Shown piece after piece: positions 36,680 through 43,402 of a DNA stretch of 43,402 nucleotides. The notes below the pieces were generated by a model. It searched no databases. It saw only the letters and a list, made by a program, of their open reading frames with translations, and was not told the DNA's origin. Every line of letters begins with the position of its first letter. Position 1 is the first letter of the stretch. The stretch spans positions 1-43,402 of the forward strand of contig CALSCP010000157.1 in assembly GCA_943704425.1 (NCBI GenBank), in the 5' to 3' direction. The DNA is from Ministeria vibrans ATCC 50519. Lineage: Eukaryota; Protista; Filasterea. The position numbers and the translations under genes are program-made.

Positions 36680-39600
36680 AGCTGCTTTTTTTTTTCGCTT
36701 CAGTCTCATCCCAGTCGATTCAGGATGAGTTTTCGCCTGTTTCATTGCTCCTCCCGACGTTTCGTTGCTCCCCGCTACTCCAAACCACGGATGCGATGCG
36801 GGGTTGTGTCGAATATACTGTGCAATTGCCAATTTACTTTTGCGAGTCGATAAAAAAAAAAGAATCCGCCGCTCAGTCGCATTGTCGCTTGGTAATGGCG
36901 CTGTGCTGCGAGCCATCCCGAAGAAGGGCATGGCTAAGGACCTGTCGGCGCGACAGAGGGCGTCGCGATGACTTGTGTGTTGCGCAGAATTGTCTTTCTT
37001 TTATTTTTTTTTTTATTTTTTTGCTCGGTCGTTTTTGAGAGATATTGCTTGTGCCTGCATTGCTATGTAGGCAGTACGTGACGCTTCTTTGGTTGAGGGG
37101 CATGATGTTTTTCTTATTTTGGTGTTGTTTGTTTTGTGTAATGTATTGTGTTTGCGATTCACCACTGTTTTGGTCTCTCTCTGCATGTAGCGACGAAAGG
37201 AGCACCCTCTGCACCAGCAACGACGGCAACACCTGCAGTAGCATCAACTGTTGCTGCTGCTGCTGCTGCTGCTACTCCCGCTGCTGATCCATCGCCGGCG
37301 GTTGTGCAGCCACCAGCGCCATCAAAGCCGACGGCGACGCCACCGGCCAAACCTACAAATGCACCTCCAGCCAAGCCAACGGGCGCACCCCCGGCGAAGC
37401 CAGCGGCCGTGGCCACGCCGGTCACATCTATTGATCCTACTAGTGGCGCCGAGAGACCGACCACCATGACCCGCGCAGCACCTCCCAAGGCTGAAGACGT
37501 CTCGACTGCCTTTAGCTTTGACGCCATTGATGCACTCATGGTCGACCTCGACAGTGAATTGTCAACCATCACGAAGGCCAAGACGGAGAAGCAAACGAGC
37601 AAGGCCCGTTTGCTTGAGAGGAATCAGAGTCTCGAGGAGAGTATCACGGCAAAGGCACCACCTGTATCTATTGCTGCCGCTGCCGACGTTTCTGTTGCTG
37701 CTACTCCCTCCGCTGCTACTGCACCACCGGCCAAAAAGAGCGCCAAGCCACCGCCACCCGTGCGATCACCTAACACGAAAACTACAGCGCCACTCAAGAA
37801 GGCCAAGCCCACCCCGTCGGCGGGTGGCATTCCCGTGACCGAAACACACTCAACGTCCGCCGAGACGGTGCCTCGACCGACCCTTGCCGACATGGTTACC
37901 GAGGAGAAGCCCAAGGCAGTGCCTCCGCCCAAGAAGCCGGCTAAGCCTCCGGTGCCTCGCCCCGATGTGCCCACACCTACCGAAGATTCAACATCGACTG
38001 AAACGGCAACACCCGCAGCGAAACCTCCGCCGCCGATGCGTGCCACCGACACCAAGGTACAAAAGCCAACAAAGGCGCCACCACCGAAGCCTATGTTGCC
38101 CCCACCGAAAAAGCCCACTCCACCGGCGCGCGCTGTGCCACCCGCTCATGAGCAGCAGGCGACTGAGCCCGTCAATGCCACACTTACCCCTACTAGTGCC
38201 ACCGAAGTTGCCACCGAAGCCGCTTCGTCTACATCTACCACCTCTACTTCTATTCCATCCACTCACACTACAGAGGAGCCGGCGGCCGACACAACCGGCG
38301 CGCTCGTGTCAAACACCGCTCCACCGTCAGTCGTTGCGACGGTGCCGCCGCGCAAAGCACCACCGCCCATGCCATCACGACAGGCGCCCGAAGCAAGCGA
38401 GGCGACGCCGACCGCCGCGGCCAAACCAGTGCCTGTGAAGCGAAAAGAGCCTCCTAAGACTCCTGTGGTACCTGTTCCTCGCACGCCTGTTGCACCGTCG
38501 GCACCCGTAGTGCCCGTGGCGACACCTGAGACACCGCAGGCTGACACAGACGACGTGAGTGGAGTCAAGTCGCCGGTGGTCGCACCGCGCAAGCCACCGC
38601 CGCGTCACCAAGACGATGGTGCTGTGGCGTCAAAGGCAACGCCGACTCCTGTGGCGCCCATGAAGCGCGCTGCGACACAGGGCAAGATTGTGGGCACGAC
38701 GACGACTGCAGCAGGTGCAGCAATGGCCGCAGCCGCCGCTGCGTTTGCTGCCAAGAAGAAGGGTGATTCGAGTGAGCCGGGCAGCGACGATGACGACAAC
38801 AACGATGAAGAGGAAGAAGCTGCTGCTGCTGCTGCTGCTGCTGAGCAGGAGAAGGAGGAGGCCGCTGTGCAGCCCAAAGCAAAGCCCCACTTGCCACCGA
38901 GACGGCATAGTTTGCTTGCGCGAGAGCTGAAGGAGGTGCAGAAGGAACGAGGCGATCAGAGAGGCAGCGAAGCGATTTCGGATGGGGACGAGACCGAAGG
39001 GGGAGTAGGAGGTAGCGAGGGGCAAGCGGAGGAAGGGGAGGCGGGTGACGGCGAAGGCGAGGAGGACGAGGATACTGCGCCGCTTGCAGATCCGATGCGG
39101 CATTCGATACTGGACGAGGACATTGCTGTGCCCAAGATTGCGGAGGATGAGAAGGAACGCCTGATGCAAGACGCGATTCGACGAATGGAGGCGGCCAACA
39201 TGGTGTCGTTGCCGGTGGAGGTGTACTATGAGCCCATGCATGGAGCCAAGGCGATCACGGTCAACTCGATGACGACGGTGGACGAGCTATCGGATAGCTT
39301 TCAGGCGGAGGCAAACCTGGAGCCGGTGGTGGGCGCCGGCTGGGGAGTGTACGAGGTGTGGGCAGAGCCACCGATTGAACGACGCCTCGCGGGCGAGGAG
39401 AAGGTTCTCGACGTGGTCAACAGCTGGCCGCGACACATGCCCACGGCCATGTGCAAGCTGGAGGTTCGGCCGGTAGTGCCGCTTGATTTGACTATGGCAG
39501 CGTGCAGCTCTATGCCCACTATGGAAAGCATGATGAACAAGGGGGGTGGCAAGCACAACAAGTCGTGGAAGCAACGCTACTTCAAGCTGCTTCCCGATGG

Positions 39601-40003
39601 TATTCACTACTTTAAGGAGGACCTCAGCAAGCGACCGAATGCGACCGCACTGGGTTGCTTCAACTATGGCACGGCGCTTCTCTACTATGTGCGCCAGTAC
39701 AAAAAGGCCCCTGGCAAGTTCTTTTTTTGCATCAAGCAGGCGCAGTGCGAGCGGGAGGCTGCGCCTGGGCGAGCATGGCCCTCGGGGCGTGCGGACGTAC
39801 TAGAAGAGTACGAGGACCGCTGCAAGTTTATGTCGTGCGACGACTGGGACCTGCGCGAGCGGTGGATGAACGCTCTGCTTGTGGCACAGCGCTATGTGGC
39901 CACTAAGAAGGGCACTAGCGAAGAGGTCGTGGACGCGTCCGAGGGCACTGTGGGTGCCGAGGAAGACGAGGACGACGATGCCGACCAGAGTTCGACCGCA
40001 TAG
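36460..40003 (+). CDS. SAM + proline-rich + RA + PH adaptor (MRL: Mig-10/RIAM/Lamellipodin-like), 2 exons
   Basis: SAM exon 36460-36631 (EQWLTAIGMQQY...GITMVGHRKKIL), intron 36632-37190; RA (AKAITVNSMTTV...WGVYEV...IERRLAGEEKVLDVVNSW); PH (KSWKQRYFKL...YKKAP...RERWMNAL). Confidence 0.85.
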
Positions 40004-40128
40004 TCGATCTTTTTAATCAGGCAGAGGCGAAAGAGAGACAGAGAGACAGAGAGACAAAATGAAGGGGTGGGGGTTTTTTTTTCAATTTCTCTTTCTTTTT
40101 CCAATTCCGGTCATGGTCACACGCCTGA

Positions 40129-40611
40129 CTACACAGTGGACTCTGTGGCGCGACGGAGAGCAGCCTTGGCACGGGAGAAGGAGACGAAGGCGACGAGGAA
40201 GAAGAAAGAGCTCATGCCCAGAGTGACGTACAGCCAGGGCAGCATGTTCTTAGGCACAATCACGTCGTGCAGCTGAAACATAATGCATATATGTTTGAGT
40301 CGTGGCGATTTTGACTATTAGTAGTGGTACCTTGCCGCCTTCCCAGCTAGTGAAGTAACCACGGTGAACGATGAGAGCGGTGGACGCAATGATGTTCATG
40401 CTGAGTCCCGCAAGACCACCGCAGCGACCGGCCACGTTGGGAATGATGCAGAAGGAGACGAGGAAGCCGATCCAGGAGAAGACGAGCGACAGCATGAAGC
40501 TGAGGAAGAAGTGAGCGTCGGTACCGACGCGCGCAAGCAGCGACTGGTCTGTCGAGCGCACCAGCGTCACCTGCACAGGCTCTGGCATCGGCTCACCAGC
40601 ACGGCGTTTCT
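40129..40611 (-). CDS. NDFIP: NEDD4-family-interacting protein (NDFIP/Bsd2-like) three-TM region; N-terminal PY-motif exons not found
   Basis: Exons 40611-40331 and 40272-40129; RVGTDAHFFLSFMLSLVFSWIGFLVSFCIIPNVAGRCGGLAGL matches the NDFIP signature. Confidence 0.82.
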
Positions 40612-41113
40612 CTAATTGAAGTAGCGGTGTGTGTGAGTTGTGTATGCGCCGCTCGAAAGTGACAAATAATCATTATTTCAGAAGAACAAAAAAAAAAAAA
40701 AAAAAAGACGAAGATCCCAAGAGACTGGAAGAGTATCGTGGTGAAACAAGAGGGGCGGGGAGTGACAACCCAAAGAAGTGCAGTGGCCTCTGGGCGAGAG
40801 AGAGACTCAGAGAGACTTGCGTTCCGTTTCTTCGAGTGAAAACAGGGAAACAAAAAAAAAAACCTCAAGTCTGTCTCAAGGGAAATGTGAACGAGAACGA
40901 CTCGCACAGCTACGACACATATGTGTATGGAAGAGAGAAGGATGCAGGGGGGAGAAGGGGTGCGAGATGCTGGGCAGAGCAGGACAGGGCAGTGACGAGT
41001 GCACAGTTCGCTCTCTTGCGTCGTTCCCTCGCTCTCTCTTGGTGCCCGTCCACCCCAACCGCACGGAACGCACACGTGACGCAAGGAGTGGTCATGTCAA
41101 GCCAGAAGCATAC

Positions 41114-41256
41114 CGTTTCAGCCTATCCTTGTACTGCATCAGGAGGTTTTCATAGAAGAGCTCCAGGGTCATCCGTGCAGCGGCTGCCTTGTTATTTGCG
41201 GACGCCGAGAAGCCGTTGCCTGTGGCTGGCACACTCTCAGAACCACCCGATTCCAT
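41114..41256 (-). CDS. Isolated first exon of an NDR/STK38-type kinase (first helix of the MOB-binding N-terminal regulatory region)
   Basis: MESGGSESVPATGNGFSASANNKAAAARMTLELFYENLLMQYKDRLK(R)|gtatgc, compared with NDR1 TKERVTMTKVTLENFYSNLIAQHEEREMR; no kinase exons follow on this strand in the window. Confidence 0.75.
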
Positions 41257-41462
41257 AAGTGTGAACAGGGGCTCAAGTTGGTTACAAAAACTGATCTATT
41301 GGCGATTTGTCGATTTGGCCCATTTGATTTTGCGACAACCCGAAAGAGCGAAAAAGGAAGTTTGAAATATTCAATTGTATTCCCAACCGCTTGTGTACAG
41401 CCTTGTAGCTTTGAATTTGGGGCTCTGTCTTCACGTGTCCATAGCATTTAGTGCACCTCAAC

Positions 41463-42540
41463 ATGATTAAAATCTTCTCGTTGAAACAACAGGTAAGTGT
41501 GTGTGTGTGTGTGTGCCTCTCCCAGGGCGTCTGGGCGGGTTCTTGCAATGGCCGTCGGCGTGTACCCTTACGACCGACATCTCGGGACTGGGCCCGGTCC
41601 CGTCGAGACGCGGCACACAGTCCGATAAGCGTTGCGTTCGACCCGTTCTTCTGACCTGTTCCTTCGCCTTCTCTGTGCATTTCGCTTCTTAGAAAGAGGA
41701 CGAGCAGTCCAAAGGCGGGTCTGGCAAGAAGACGAGCGCCGCACAATTGCGATTGCAGAAAGGTATTGAATTTCTTTTTCTTCTTCTTTTCTGTGACGCG
41801 TCTCTCTCTCTCTTTCGCTTTCTCTCTCGCTCTCTCTCTCTCTCTCCCCCTCTCCTCTAGACATCAGCGACCTCCACTTACCACCCACGTGCAAGCTCGA
41901 CTGGGTTGATCCCGACGACTTACTACACTTCACACTTGTGGTAAGCAGCGCACTGACGTCCTTCGTTGGATTGTCCAGCGTCTCTCTCAGAGCGCCCTCA
42001 CCTAACCCCGCCCTTCTTGCGTTTTGTCTCGCAGATCAAGCCCGAGGAGGGCTACTACCATGGAGGCAAGTTTACATTCAACTTTGACGTGAGCAGCAAC
42101 TACCCGCATGAGCCGCCGAAAGTCAAGTGTGCACAGACGGTATGGTAGCGGAGGACGCACAGGACAAACCACTAATATAATTGTGCAGATTTACCATCCC
42201 AACATCGACACGGAGGGCAATGTGTGTCTGAACATTTTGCGTGACGACTGGAAACCCGTCCTCACCATCAACTCCATTTGCTTTGGTCTTCAGTTTCTCT
42301 TCAGCGAGCCGAATCCGGACGATCCCCTCAACAAAGGTATGAACGCGTTGCGACGCGACGCACACACAAGCCATTGCGCCAGTCACTCACGTCTGTTTTT
42401 TTCTTTTTCTTCTGGGGGTTGGTGGACACGCAGAGGCGGCACAGGTGCTGTCGAGCAACAAGAAGCAGTTTGAGCAGAACGTGACGCGTACCATGAAGGG
42501 TTGTACCTTCAACGGGCGAGTCTACGACAAGGTCATGTAG
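41463..42540 (+). CDS. UBE2M: NEDD8-conjugating enzyme Ubc12, 6 exons
   Basis: [10 protein letters not shown] docking peptide, [53 protein letters not shown]; TAG 42538-42540. Confidence 0.97.
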
Positions 42541-42728
42541 TCTTCTCTTGCAGTGTAGTAAATGGATGGGGGTTGATCACCAATAATTGATTATCGATAA
42601 TTGATAGACGATCGTAATATGTTTGCTGTATGAGCAGTCGAGTAGTATTTTTTTTCCGGTATGATCGTTCGCTCCGATCAAATTTTTTCACTAGTCACTA
42701 CATTAAACATTTTTTTTGTTGCATCGTC

Positions 42729-43289
42729 ATGTCGACAATAAGTGGAATGAAAGACCATGAGGAGGCACTGCCGGACTACACGATCATGTCTCAGTTGGGA
42801 TCGGGACACACAGGCATCGTTTTGTTGTGCGAACATGTTAAGGACGGTCACAAAGTACGACAAGCGGCCCCTCTGGCCTTTGTGCGTGTATTCACGGTCT
42901 TCCTCTCCTGTTCATGCAGGTGGCTGTGAAAGTAGTACATCGAAAAGAAGGCTCCAAATCGTTTGCGAAGAATTTGCGAAGAGAAATTGTACGTCAGCGT
43001 TGGATTTGCGCATTTTTTGTGAGCCTTTCGCAATTCCTAGGCTTTTCTGACGCTTCTATGTCACCCGAATGTCATTCGACTGTACGAAGTCCGCAACCGT
43101 CCCAACGGCGTTTACCTTATTATGGAGTATTTCGACGGCAAAGAGCTCTTCTTCTACATTTCGAAGAAGCCTCTGTCGGAGACCAAGTTCCGTCCGCTCT
43201 TTCGTCAAATTGTCGACGCGCTTGACTACACTCACAGACACAACGTGAGCCATCGTGATTTGAAGCCCGAAAACATTCTTGTCAACAAG
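42729..43289 (+). CDS. Ser/Thr kinase, CAMK group (AMPK-related/BRSK-like), 3' truncated at window end
   Basis: LGSGHTGIV, VAVK, LRREI, HPNVIRLYEV, MEY, HRDLKPENIL across three exons. Confidence 0.9.
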
Positions 43290-43294
43290 GTTTA

Positions 43295-43402
<108 letters not shown>

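Noticed and set aside
41630-41648. GTTCGA T-loop-like word suggesting a tRNA
   Set aside because: No 5-bp T stem, acceptor stem or anticodon arm.

Overview
Gene-dense eukaryotic genomic DNA with short GT-AG introns (mostly 50-250 nt) and many (GA)n/(CA)n microsatellites; standard genetic code throughout. Gene content (animal-type OPA1, PWI-bearing PRPF3, an MRL/RIAM-like adaptor, NDFIP, CCHCR1-, CCDC162- and PIGBOS1-like proteins) suggests a unicellular holozoan such as a choanoflagellate (inference). Left to right: tandem two-domain GH5 mannanase-like gene (-), small hypothetical gene (+), PAQR receptor (+), mitochondrial carrier (+), GH27 alpha-galactosidase with inserted ricin-B lectin (+), TPR protein (-), Xaa-Pro aminopeptidase (+), intronless OPA1 (-), G-protein beta (-), a spliced + strand snoRNA host transcript with one box C/D snoRNA in each of four introns (including U43- and U49-like guides), PRPF3 (-), a 47-aa PIGBOS1-like microprotein (+), CCHCR1-like (-), ~2,350-aa CCDC162-like (+), SAM-Pro-rich-RA-PH adaptor (+), NDFIP-like membrane region (-) preceded by an orphan NDR-kinase first exon, UBC12 (+) and a truncated CAMK-group kinase (+). 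Highlights missed by the ORF track: the GAS5/UHG-style multi-snoRNA host gene, the orphan NDR exon, the microprotein and a structured, possibly poison-splicing element in a PRPF3 intron. Exon structures were derived by hand; homologue sequences were recalled from memory and need database confirmation.
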